Shown here in pieces: positions 1 to 8,277 of a DNA stretch of 36,548 bases. The stretch's first letter is position 1; each line of letters begins with the position of its first letter. The notes below the pieces were generated by a model. It made no database searches. It worked only from the letters and a program-made list of their open reading frames with translations, and had not been told where the DNA came from. Where the stretch lies: the sequence record SRR31156797_1225; one strand, 5' to 3'. The position numbers were made by a program, and so were the translations under genes.

Positions 1-26
1 CGGTTCAACTCCGATTCCTGGCTCCA
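1..26 (+). tRNA. 3' end of tRNA-Thr(CGT) (T-arm, acceptor 3' strand, CCA); attL, truncated by the window edge
   Basis: CGG-TTCAACT-CCGAT-TCCTGGC-T-CCA; the overlapping copy at the right end supplies anticodon loop TT-CGT-AA. Confidence 0.85.
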
Positions 27-35
27 AGGAAAATC

Positions 36-76
36 AAGGGCTGACGCGGCTTTATAGCCGAATCAGCCCTTTTTTT
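36..76 (+). terminator. Intrinsic terminator after the tRNA
   Basis: aagggctga...tcagccctt stem with inner cggct/agccg pairing, followed by a T-run. Confidence 0.8.
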
Positions 77-83
77 GACTGTT

Positions 84-161
84 GAAAACTATCGAAAACT
101 ACCGACCGAGGGACCCGTTTTTGGGTCCCTCGGCCTTTTTTTGGGTCCCTAACGGGTCCCT
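84..161. repeat. Candidate integrase arm-type sites (GGGTCCCT x4) and accessory-factor repeats (GAAAACTA x2)
   Basis: GGGTCCCT at 123, 143, 154 and inverted at 109-116; GAAAACTA at 84 and 94; the GGGTCC(C/T)T motif recurs at 36461 and 36472. Confidence 0.65.
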
Positions 162-165
162 CGTT

Positions 166-1203
166 TTACTTCTTTTTAGCAGGGAACAAATCCAGCGGGC
201 CGAGCTTCACCAGGTTGACCGCGTTCTCTAGGGCATCGTCTGTGATGTGGGCGTAGGTGTCGGACGTGATGCGGAACTCGGACTGGCCGAGGGCGTCTTG
301 GAGTTCTTTGAGGCTGCCACCGGCTTCGAGGAAGGCGACGGAGAAGGAATGGCGCAGGTCGTGAAGGCGAAGGTGGCCGAGTCCGGCGGCCTTCATGGCT
401 TTCTTGACCTGGTGCGTATAGGTGTCGGCGTGTGACCAGCGGTTAAATATCCGGCCTTTGCCTTGGGGGATTGATTTCAGGACAGCCCGGAATGAGGCGT
501 TCATGGGGTAGGTCTTGCAAAGGTGCCGCTTTTCTTTGGCAATGAAATATTTATCAACGTCCCACAGGATGTCTTCCCAAGACATGCGGAAAATCTCCGA
601 CCGGCGGCGTCCGGTTGCCAGACATGCGGCAACAAATTGGCGGACGTCCAGATCCTCTATCCCGTTAATAAACTCCGTGAGTTTGGCCGGATCAATGAAC
701 TCAACCCTCCGCCCCTTTGGAAGTTCCTTGGCTCCCTTGAAGGGGTTCTCTTTCAAGTATCCCCAATCAACGGCTTTGTTCATGACGGCCTTGGAATGCC
801 GGATATAGTTGTTGATACTGGTGGGCTTCAGCTTTCGATTTCTGCGCTTCAGCTCATCCATGGTTTTCATGGTGAGCATGTCCAGACGCTTATGTCGGCC
901 TTCGATCTCTTCTATCTTCCGGAGGGCCAGCCGATTCGCCTTGAAGGTCTTGTCCGGCTGGGTGTCCACGGCCCACTCTTCATATTCATCTTTGAACTGG
1001 CCGAAGGCCTTGTCACACTCGCCGGTGATCTGTTTGACCTTGCCCTTCAGGAACGCTGTTTTGATTTCGCTCAATAGGCTGCAGGCCTCGGAATAATTGG
1101 CCGTGCTCAATGACAACCTTCTGCCATGAAGCTTATAATAGTAACTCCGCTTGCCGGAGATTTTGAACGGCTTCCTGCTCACACCCATGATGTCCACCAT
1201 CAC
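166..1203 (-). CDS. int: Tyrosine recombinase, phage integrase
   Basis: TGRRRSEI, HDLRH and LGQS...TYAH catalytic boxes; adjacent to tRNA att site. Confidence 0.95.
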   Translation of the reverse strand: MMVDIMGVSRKPFKISGKRSYYYKLHGRRLSLSTANYSEACSLLSEIKTAFLKGKVKQITGECDKAFGQFKDEYEEWAVDTQPDKTFKANRLALRKIEEIEGRHKRLDMLTMKTMDELKRRNRKLKPTSINNYIRHSKAVMNKAVDWGYLKENPFKGAKELPKGRRVEFIDPAKLTEFINGIEDLDVRQFVAACLATGRRRSEIFRMSWEDILWDVDKYFIAKEKRHLCKTYPMNASFRAVLKSIPQGKGRIFNRWSHADTYTHQVKKAMKAAGLGHLRLHDLRHSFSVAFLEAGGSLKELQDALGQSEFRITSDTYAHITDDALENAVNLVKLGPLDLFPAKKK

Positions 1204-1412
1204 AGCCCGGCCCTTTGCAACAGGGTGAGGGCTTTGCTTTCCAGTTCGTTGGAATGAATGGGGAGGGAGCTTTCAAGGATTCGCCAATCCTTTCTTTTCC
1301 CGGCGGGAATTTGTCTGGCTGTGACAACACCATCCCGGCACCATTTGCGCATGGTGTCACGATGTATATTGCATGCCTGACATGCTTCGCCCATTTTCAT
1401 CCAATGTTCCAA
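1200..1412 (-). CDS. xis: Excisionase / recombination directionality factor (MerR-like wHTH); likely TTG start at 1412
   Basis: MKMGEACQACNIHRDTMRKWCRDG..WRI pattern; stop overlaps int start; GAGGGG SD before the TTG. Confidence 0.75.
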   Translation of the reverse strand: MEHWMKMGEACQACNIHRDTMRKWCRDGVVTARQIPAGKRKDWRILESSLPIHSNELESKALTLLQRAGL

Positions 1413-1445
1413 GAGCTTGCCCCTCAATTTTTTGAAGGGGCAAAC

Positions 1446-1473
1446 GCTGCCACACGGCAACCTGATTAGTCAA
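1446..1473 (-). promoter_or_regulatory. xis-int promoter (-35 TTGACT) with operator GTTGC-CGTGTG-GCAGC
   Basis: Near-copy of the TTGACT + GTTGCCGT...GCA.C element at the cro promoter; -10 is weak. Confidence 0.55.
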
Positions 1474-1504
1474 TACATTGCCTGTATTCGTCAGAATCAG
1501 GCGT

Positions 1505-2011
1505 TTACTCCAAATCTAAGAGGGAAGCAGCTCGAGACAAAGCGGCACTTGGTTCGAGGCCAGCAGCACGGCACAACAAGTAAAGATCGCTGGCTCTCAA
1601 GGGCATACGTCCTGAAAGAAACTCCCGAACATCTTCAGGGGGCAAGCCATCTACAGATGATGCGTCCTTGCCCAAAAGCGAAAATAAATCTTTCAAAACT
1701 TTTGCAAGCGCCGCATCAAATGGCGTGACGGACTTGTCTGGAGCAGGCGGCGGAAATGCAGCCATACTGCCACCGAACACGTCAACCAAAGGTATCCGCA
1801 ATCGATCTAATATACGGACCATATCTTTAAATGTGGTCCTGTCTCCCCCACGTCGATTAAGAATCCATCGATTCACCGTCGCTCGATCACAACCGATAAG
1901 TTTTGCCAACGCAGACTGGGATTCTCCATTCTCTATTCTCTCATTTAAGCAGGAAAGAATGAGGTCCCAAGCGCGTTCTGTAATTTTGATACTGTCCATA
2001 GTTCCGTCCAT
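1505..2011 (-). CDS. cI: CI-like immunity repressor (XRE HTH)
   Basis: SQSALAKLIGCDRATVNRWI HTH, possible second HTH-like C-terminal domain, GGAGG SD, divergent from cro. Confidence 0.8.
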   Translation of the reverse strand: MDGTMDSIKITERAWDLILSCLNERIENGESQSALAKLIGCDRATVNRWILNRRGGDRTTFKDMVRILDRLRIPLVDVFGGSMAAFPPPAPDKSVTPFDAALAKVLKDLFSLLGKDASSVDGLPPEDVREFLSGRMPLRASDLYLLCRAAGLEPSAALSRAASLLDLE

Positions 2012-2046
2012 ATCTTCCTCCGTTGTGGTCTAGTATCAATTTTGTG

Positions 2047-2076
2047 TTGACTTTGCGGTTGCCGTACTGCAACAAT
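2047..2076 (+). promoter_or_regulatory. Lytic early promoter with palindromic operator GTTGC-N6-GCAAC (2058-2073)
   Basis: TTGACT 2047-2052, TG-n-AACAAT -10 ending at 2076, palindrome lying between and overlapping the -10. Confidence 0.6.
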
Positions 2077-2082
2077 AAGCCC

Positions 2083-2292
2083 ATGAAAAACGCACTTGAA
2101 AAATACAGGCAAAGGATGGGCTTCGGCTTTGCGGAAATAGCCCGCATGGTCGATTGCGACCGAGCAACGGTCTGGAAGCATTGTCACGCAGACAAAATTC
2201 CACAAGCTGCTGCAGCTCGTTACCACGCAAAATTGAAGATCCCACTTGAGGATCTTCTGCCCGATTTATTCGAGGACGAGTCTCAGTCCTAA
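2083..2292 (+). CDS. cro: Cro-like HTH regulator
   Basis: FAEIARMVDCDRATVWKH HTH; recognition helix CDRATV shared with the CI-like protein; ATG at 2083. Confidence 0.75.
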   Translation: MKNALEKYRQRMGFGFAEIARMVDCDRATVWKHCHADKIPQAAAARYHAKLKIPLEDLLPDLFEDESQS

Positions 2293-2344
2293 CATGGGGA
2301 GCAATCCCCGCAACCCATGTGTTCCAACACGGAGGAGCAACATA

Positions 2345-2851
2345 ATGGAAACTGGAATGGACACCCGAGGGCTGGCGAACCTTGACGCCATAGACGCCTT
2401 CAAAATGGCAATTGAAAATTCCCACAAGGACCTGCCCACCATCGCCAAAGAAATGGAATGGAGCGAGTCCCACACCCGCCGCATTTTCAGCACCGAGAAA
2501 TACTACCCGTCAGTCGTGGACCTTCCGCGCTTCTGCCACACCGTTGGCAACAACCTAATCCTGCAATGGCTCCAAGCCAAAACCATGACCTACGGATTGC
2601 CGACCGAGGAACGGAACATCGACTGCGAAAACCTCGTCTTCCGCATCGGCAACCTTTTTGCCGAAGTCGGCGATGTCGGACGCAAAGGACAGGACGCCAT
2701 AGCAGACGGCAAGCTGGAACCGCACGAACTGCGCGCCATCATCGACGAGGTCAAGGACGTATTGACCGAAGGAATGGACTTGGTCGGCGACCTGCGAATT
2801 CTGGAACGCGACCTGACCACGCAACAAAAGGGAAAGTCATGTGCAGAATAA
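2345..2851 (+). CDS. cII: Phage regulatory protein, CII family
   Basis: N-terminal HTH, 'EVGDV...DAIADGKLEPHE' motif typical of 186/P2-type CII; GGAGGAG SD; ATG at 2345. Confidence 0.75.
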   Translation: METGMDTRGLANLDAIDAFKMAIENSHKDLPTIAKEMEWSESHTRRIFSTEKYYPSVVDLPRFCHTVGNNLILQWLQAKTMTYGLPTEERNIDCENLVFRIGNLFAEVGDVGRKGQDAIADGKLEPHELRAIIDEVKDVLTEGMDLVGDLRILERDLTTQQKGKSCAE

Positions 2852-3230
2852 ACGCAAGACAAAGGGCGGCAGCATGACCAAGCGCAAATCCATCCGCTAC
2901 GCCAGACGTAAACGCATGGCCGAACTCATTCAGGAAGGAATCTATCAGGGGAAAAAAGAACTTCTCCTGCTGGAGATTCTACCGAGATTTGAAGCCGAGG
3001 CTACCTTCCCCCGGCTTTCTGGCCTTCATGTTTTTGTAGACCATCAATATTTAAACGCTCCCCACCCCGGCAATGGAGGACACCGTCCCCGCAGGATCAA
3101 ACTGGATTCTCTTGCAAAGAAATATGCAAAGGAAATCCTTGGGAGAAAAATGGACCTTGATTGGATTCCAGACGGCACACCTATTGGCGACCCCATTTTC
3201 TCACTGACCAAAGCTCCGAGGATCGCGTGA
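2841..3230 (+). CDS. Hypothetical basic protein (start may be 2874)
   Basis: ORF fills the gap between cII and the primase; stop overlaps primase GTG (GTGA). Confidence 0.6.
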   Translation: MQNKRKTKGGSMTKRKSIRYARRKRMAELIQEGIYQGKKELLLLEILPRFEAEATFPRLSGLHVFVDHQYLNAPHPGNGGHRPRRIKLDSLAKKYAKEILGRKMDLDWIPDGTPIGDPIFSLTKAPRIA

Positions 3231-5929
3231 CTAATTATCGTAATGACATTGGCTCCGACGAAATAGTCAGGGCCTTGATGCAGGACCACACCCTCCAGTT
3301 CGTTGACTGCAATACCCACCTGCGCAAAGGGCTTTGCCCGGCCTGCGGGAAAAAGGAATTGTGGATCAAGAAAGACGAGCCGTGGAGGGTGAGCTGCAAC
3401 AGGATGGACAAATGCGGCTGGACCGCATCGACCAGGGAACTGTTGCCGGAATTGTTTTCCGAGTTTTCCAAGCGGTACGCTCCGACCGAGGAAAAGCCGA
3501 ACAGGACGGCGGACGCTATTATGGGTCTCGACCGGGGCTTTGACTTATCAAAGATCAAAGGCTGGTACGAGCAAGGCGCGTACACGTTCCCCAAAACATC
3601 AACCATGTGTCACACTGTCCGGTTCTATCTGGACAAAGGCCGCACACGGTATTGGGAAAGGCTCATCGACAAGACCAAAGCGGACGGCCAGAAAAACAAT
3701 ATCGGTGGGAAAAGGAAACCGGACGGTTCTCTTTTCAAGGGCGATGCTTGGCTCCCCCCGACCATCACCTTGGAGAAAGGCGACCGTTGTTTTCTTGTTG
3801 AAGCAATCTTCCATTCCATTGCCCTTTATCACAAGGACATCAAAGCGGCGGCGATGATTTCCAGCAACCATTTCCCGGAGACATTCATCAAGAAACATGC
3901 CGGGAAAGACATCACCTGGGTGTTGGCTCTTGATGGTGACAAGGCCGGGAAAAAGGGAACGAGAAAAGACGCCAAGCTGTTGAAGGAAATGGGCGAGAAG
4001 GTCGAAGTCCTGACCCTGCCGGACAACGGAAAGGATTGGGACGACTACCTCCGAGAAGGGAAAATAACGCCCACCTTCATCGACGACCGCTTGTATTATG
4101 GCAAGCTGTTCATGGCCGAAAACGTCCATGAAAAAGCCTATCATATGTACCAGCGCAAGCAGTACGGCACCTTCACACTGGACTATGCCAACGCGCTTTA
4201 CTCCATCCAGGTCGATAGGACTAAACTGGAAGAAGAGCTGAATCCCACAAAAAAGAACGATGGCGAATCCGAACCCGCACCTATCAGGCTGAACTCAACC
4301 GAGGGCTGGAACATCTTCATGCGAAACCATGAAGTGGATCCGCTCTCCAACACGCTGCCCCGATTCCTCTACATGGAAATCGACGAGATCATGGGCGAAC
4401 AGTTTTACGTCTTCCAGATCCACTACGCCAACGGCAACCCGCCGGACATTGTTCGTCTGGAAGGGACCAACATCACCAGTCCGGACGCCTTCCATAAAGC
4501 CCTGCTCAACAAGACACGCGGCGGCACCTTTGACGGAGACTTCAAACAATTGAAAAACCTACGCGACCGCTGGCTCGGCAAGCGTATGAAGATGGTCGCT
4601 TCCATCCCATTCGTTGGCTACGACAGCAACACCAAGGCCTATGTGTTTCAGGACTGCGCCTATCACAACGGGCGCGAGATCAAGCTGAACGGAGACGGCT
4701 ATTTTCATGTTGGTCAGAACGGAATCAAGACCAGCCTGCTCGGAACCCACATAGTCACAGACGGGGAGTTCTCCCCCAACTGGCTCGACAACTACGTCAA
4801 AGCCTTCCACTATCAGGGTATGGTCCTGCTCTCCTTCTGGCTCGGCAGTCTGTTTGCACAGCAGGTCAGGACCATGCACAAGTCCTTTCCCTTCCTTGAA
4901 TTCACCGGCGAACCCGGCGCGGGTAAATCCACGGCTCTGGAATTCCTCTGGGCCTGCATCGGTCGAGACGACCACGAAGGTTTTGACATCATGAAGGCCA
5001 CCGTAGCCGGACGCAGACGCGCCATGAATCAGGTGTCGAACATGCCGGTGGTCATTATCGAATCCGACCGCGACGATGGCACCAAGGACGCCAAGGTGAA
5101 ACAATTCGATTTCGACCTGTGCAAGCCATACTTCAACGGACGCGGCACCGGCACACTCGGCATATCCAAACGCGGCAACGATGTAGAGGAAAGCCCTTTC
5201 CGGGCCGCGCTCATTATCAGCCAGAACGCCGAGGTGGACGGTTCCGAAGCTCTCCTGCAGCGCGTGGTCCATGTTCATGTTGATAAGCGTCACCACAAGC
5301 AAGGCTCCCGCGACATTGCCCGATGGTTTGAAAGACAGACCAGCTCGACCGTTGGCGGGTTCCTGCGCAAAGCCCTGCAGCACGAACGGCAAATCCTGCA
5401 GGTCTACGAGGAAGCCTTTCAAAAATACGAAAGGGAATTCGGCAAAAGCGAGAAAATCCGCAACGAGCGCATAGTCAAGAACCATGCACAGATTGCCGCC
5501 TTTGGCGCAGCCCTGCAGGTCCTCTTTCCAACCATGACAGACGACCGCGTCAACAAGCTGGCCGACTATGTCCTTGAACGGGCCGAGGCCAGAGAACAAC
5601 GCCTCGCCGCCGACCACCCGCTGGTCGAGCAGTTCTGGGAAACCGTCCAATACATCAACAACGTCAAGGAAATTGAAACCGACGATTTCCTGAATCACTC
5701 CAACAAGGAAGAACTCATCGCCATCAACCTGAACCAGTACAGGAAAGAATGCCTGCACATGGGTCAGGAATTGCCCGACATGAACCAGCTTAGAAAGCTG
5801 TTGAAGAATGGCAAGAGACATAAGCTCCTGCAGACCGGAAAGAATGTTTCCAGTCGGTGGGAAAAGATCAAGGCCGAAGACAACAAATGGAAAGCCAAAA
5901 TCCATCGTTGCTGGATATTCCAAAAATAG
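3227..5929 (+). CDS. Replication protein: Zn-finger + TOPRIM primase + P-loop helicase
   Basis: CPACG...C..C Zn finger; FLVE, ALDGD and KDWDD TOPRIM motifs; Walker A GEPGAGKST; GAGG SD + GTG at 3227. Confidence 0.9.
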   Translation: MTNYRNDIGSDEIVRALMQDHTLQFVDCNTHLRKGLCPACGKKELWIKKDEPWRVSCNRMDKCGWTASTRELLPELFSEFSKRYAPTEEKPNRTADAIMGLDRGFDLSKIKGWYEQGAYTFPKTSTMCHTVRFYLDKGRTRYWERLIDKTKADGQKNNIGGKRKPDGSLFKGDAWLPPTITLEKGDRCFLVEAIFHSIALYHKDIKAAAMISSNHFPETFIKKHAGKDITWVLALDGDKAGKKGTRKDAKLLKEMGEKVEVLTLPDNGKDWDDYLREGKITPTFIDDRLYYGKLFMAENVHEKAYHMYQRKQYGTFTLDYANALYSIQVDRTKLEEELNPTKKNDGESEPAPIRLNSTEGWNIFMRNHEVDPLSNTLPRFLYMEIDEIMGEQFYVFQIHYANGNPPDIVRLEGTNITSPDAFHKALLNKTRGGTFDGDFKQLKNLRDRWLGKRMKMVASIPFVGYDSNTKAYVFQDCAYHNGREIKLNGDGYFHVGQNGIKTSLLGTHIVTDGEFSPNWLDNYVKAFHYQGMVLLSFWLGSLFAQQVRTMHKSFPFLEFTGEPGAGKSTALEFLWACIGRDDHEGFDIMKATVAGRRRAMNQVSNMPVVIIESDRDDGTKDAKVKQFDFDLCKPYFNGRGTGTLGISKRGNDVEESPFRAALIISQNAEVDGSEALLQRVVHVHVDKRHHKQGSRDIARWFERQTSSTVGGFLRKALQHERQILQVYEEAFQKYEREFGKSEKIRNERIVKNHAQIAAFGAALQVLFPTMTDDRVNKLADYVLERAEAREQRLAADHPLVEQFWETVQYINNVKEIETDDFLNHSNKEELIAINLNQYRKECLHMGQELPDMNQLRKLLKNGKRHKLLQTGKNVSSRWEKIKAEDNKWKAKIHRCWIFQK

Positions 5930-5937
5930 GAGACCCC

Positions 5938-6108
5938 ATGAAAAAAAGCCAAATCCAAGCCGTTAAGGAATTCATTGCGGAACTGCCTGCGCAGCTCGAA
6001 CTCCAAGTGGCAATCGCAAAACTGCAAAGGAAAAGATTTCTCGCTTTGATGGATGAAGGGTTCACCGAAGCCCAGGCCATCGAACTGAGCAAGAAAATCA
6101 TTTCATAA
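5938..6108 (+). CDS. Small hypothetical phage protein (56 aa)
   Basis: AGGAG SD + ATG at 5938; 'GFTEAQAIEL' C-terminus common in small phage proteins. Confidence 0.65.
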   Translation: MKKSQIQAVKEFIAELPAQLELQVAIAKLQRKRFLALMDEGFTEAQAIELSKKIIS

Positions 6109-6123
6109 ATTGAACTGAACACC

Positions 6124-6603
6124 ATGACACAAAACTTAATGGAGAAGACAATGCCTCAGAGAACACGTGAATTGACCCCGGAACGAGTTGAAGCCTTTGA
6201 AGCCGCCATGGAGCGGATAAAAAAAGTATTCGGTGTACGCACCCAGGTGCAGCTCGCCGAAGTGCTGGACGTACGCCAAAGTTCTATCAGTGACGCCAGA
6301 AGGCGTTGCTCCATTCCGGCAGGCTGGCTGCTCAAGATCTGGCGTCTCTCCGGCTACTCCCCGGACTGGATCATGGATGGCGACGACTGCGGCCACCGCT
6401 TTGCCGTTGCAGCCAATGAAGCAAAGGAACCCGTCAACGCCTGCTCCATCCGTGAAGAGATCGAAGCCGATGTAAACAAGAAAATGGACAACCTCCATCT
6501 GGAGGATCTGATCGACCGGATCCACAGAATCCAGCCCGGCGCGCAGATTCACATCCCGGCAAAGACAAAAACCGATGCCGGAGCAGCTCGGACGAATTGT
6601 TGA
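6124..6603 (+). CDS. Phage CI-repressor-type HTH protein (start may be 6151)
   Basis: ERIKKVFGVRTQVQLAEVLDVRQSSISDARRR..IPAGWL..SPDWIMDG resembles the 186-CI N-terminal domain. Confidence 0.8.
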   Translation: MTQNLMEKTMPQRTRELTPERVEAFEAAMERIKKVFGVRTQVQLAEVLDVRQSSISDARRRCSIPAGWLLKIWRLSGYSPDWIMDGDDCGHRFAVAANEAKEPVNACSIREEIEADVNKKMDNLHLEDLIDRIHRIQPGAQIHIPAKTKTDAGAARTNC

Positions 6604-6623
6604 TTGATAGGAAGTAATTGATG

Positions 6624-6740
6624 TCATTTTTTACGAATCAATCCCTGAATTTTGCGACTTATGAAATAGGTTATCACGACAAGATCTTTGAGGTCTGAAT
6701 TTTTAACAATCTCAGCAAAGAATAAATAAAGAGTGTCCAT
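6624..6740 (-). CDS. Unannotated 38-aa small protein MDTLYLFFAEIVKNSDLKDLVVITYFISRKIQGLIRKK
   Basis: Translated by hand; AGGAG SD 9 nt upstream; AT-rich; opposite strand to flanking genes. Confidence 0.5.
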   Translation of the reverse strand: MDTLYLFFAEIVKNSDLKDLVVITYFISRKIQGLIRKK

Positions 6741-6849
6741 GAATGTGGCTCCTATAGTTAGATGGTATATTTTAAAATACCGCCACAATTCACCAACACT
6801 TCAAAAATCAATAAAACGCTCGGCTATATGTGAACAATTCAAACGCACA

Positions 6850-6873
6850 AAGCCCCGTCATCTGACGGGGCTT
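6850..6873. terminator. Hairpin, probable terminator
   Basis: aagccccgtca-tc-tgacggggctt perfect inverted repeat. Confidence 0.6.
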
Positions 6874-6922
6874 CGGCGTGAATTGTTACCGGGCCAATCC
6901 CGGTTGATACAAGGAAACCATA

Positions 6923-7369
6923 ATGTGTGACCACTATATATGCAAGGGATGTGGGGCAGACATGCGCCACTTTGAAAAATGCAGTTGCAAGACGGATCAG
7001 GAGAAGCCGCTTTTCATCCCGTTGAAGGGCGTCCATTACGATGCCTTTTTTTTAAAAACAAAAAACCATGAGTTCCGTTTGTATGGTCCCGGGTGGAATG
7101 AACGGACGTGCCGCCCAGGACGCGCCGTGACCCTTTCAAGGGGATACGGCAAACAACAAAGGATGAAAGGTCGTGTGCACGATTTCTCGGCCATATCCTT
7201 TTATGATCTGCCGACCAGGTGGCGGCGTGACATTCTGAGCTGCTACGGTCGAAAGGCTGGCCGGTCGGTTATTGCCATGATCGGCATCGAGATCCCAAAA
7301 GCACACAAGGTCATTCAAATCCAGGCCAAGGTCAGACAGATAGATTTATCTCTTCAATTTCAAACCTAA
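6923..7369 (+). CDS. ASCH/PUA-like domain protein with N-terminal Cys-rich motif
   Basis: LFIPLKGVHYDAF..KTKNHEFR...GRAVTLSRGYG ASCH-like signature; CDH..CKGC....CSC N-terminus; AAGGA SD. Confidence 0.65.
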   Translation: MCDHYICKGCGADMRHFEKCSCKTDQEKPLFIPLKGVHYDAFFLKTKNHEFRLYGPGWNERTCRPGRAVTLSRGYGKQQRMKGRVHDFSAISFYDLPTRWRRDILSCYGRKAGRSVIAMIGIEIPKAHKVIQIQAKVRQIDLSLQFQT

Positions 7370-7409
7370 TTTCTGTCTACCATACCCACGGCCTTCCCCG
7401 TGGCCATGA

Positions 7410-7451
7410 CCGCTGCCCCGCATCCTCCGTTGTCAGGGCAGCGGCCTTTTT
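7410..7451 (+). terminator. Intrinsic terminator closing the early operon
   Basis: ccgctgccc/gggcagcgg stem followed by TTTTT. Confidence 0.65.
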
Positions 7452-7477
7452 GTGTGTAAGGATCCGCGCCCATATTT

Positions 7478-7836
7478 TACGCGCACGCGCACGCAGGCGC
7501 GCACGCTAAATACAAGGGGATTTCCAAAACGAAGGGCTATTTCGGAAGAGTGTAATATTTGTAATCTTGATTTTGAAATCTTCTGAAAGCTAGGCACAAC
7601 AAGGCTTCCCGGCTTTTATGAAAATGTAATTTTTAAGTAATAATACTGTAATTAAATTACACTTTGTTTATTACATTTCTCTAAAAATCAAACCATTGAT
7701 TTCATTGAACATTACATTTTTACTTACACTCATTTACACAAATATTACATTTTGGCTCTGTTGACTAAACTCAATCACCATGCGGGTTATCGGCGAGTTT
7801 TGGCCCCTCGCTTACATTTATTACACTCTCCCGTAA
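7478..7836. repeat. Putative replication origin: AT-rich region with inverted TGTAA/TTACA iterons
   Basis: TGTAAT copies at 7551-7655, TTACA copies at 7655-7825; outer 11-bp IR agagtgtaata (7547-7557) / tattacactct (7819-7829); preceded by (GCGCAC)n tract. Confidence 0.65.
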
Positions 7837-8038
7837 TAGATTTCCCCCAAGGAGATATCCTCACTGTTAAGGGCAAAGGGCCTTTTGCGCCCTATAAACT
7901 ACATATAACTCCATCAAATCGGATACTTAAAAAGAATGAATTCAAAAACTCCAAGTATTTCTCCCCCTCGCGCCGACTGTTTGTGCGCGTCCATGGCCTT
8001 TGAGGGAAGGTCCACCCACTCATGATTGGAGAATACCC

Positions 8039-8212
8039 ATGCTCGACCAGAAACAGATCTCATACGATGACACCTTGAACAAACTCTCGCGGATCGCCCA
8101 AGCCCTTTACTGGCTGGCCGACTATCACCCAGACGGAGGCGAACTCCTCCACCTGCTGGGGGATGATGTAATGGAATGCCTGTTGGCGTTGGATGATGGG
8201 GAGAAAGGATAA
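8039..8212 (+). CDS. Small helical hypothetical protein (57 aa)
   Basis: GGAG SD + ATG at 8039; ends just before the hairpin at 8217. Confidence 0.6.
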   Translation: MLDQKQISYDDTLNKLSRIAQALYWLADYHPDGGELLHLLGDDVMECLLALDDGEKG

Positions 8213-8216
8213 AGGA

Positions 8217-8254
8217 AAAGCCCCGGCAGCGTGGATACTGCCGGGGCTTGCTTT
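8217..8254. terminator. Bidirectional terminator, repeat copy 1
   Basis: aaagccccggcag...ctgccggggctt between convergent genes. Confidence 0.75.
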
Positions 8255-8277
8255 CATTAAGTTGTTATCAATTGAGC

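Noticed and set aside
4559-5923. 454-aa minus-strand ORF
   Set aside because: Antisense shadow of the primase-helicase gene
7547-7829. Possible CRISPR array or tandem repeat
   Set aside because: Repeats are 5-11 bp, irregularly spaced and inverted; no constant repeat-spacer period and no cas genes
7752-8003. 83-aa TTG-start ORF
   Set aside because: Overlaps the iteron array, has no SD and no protein-like features
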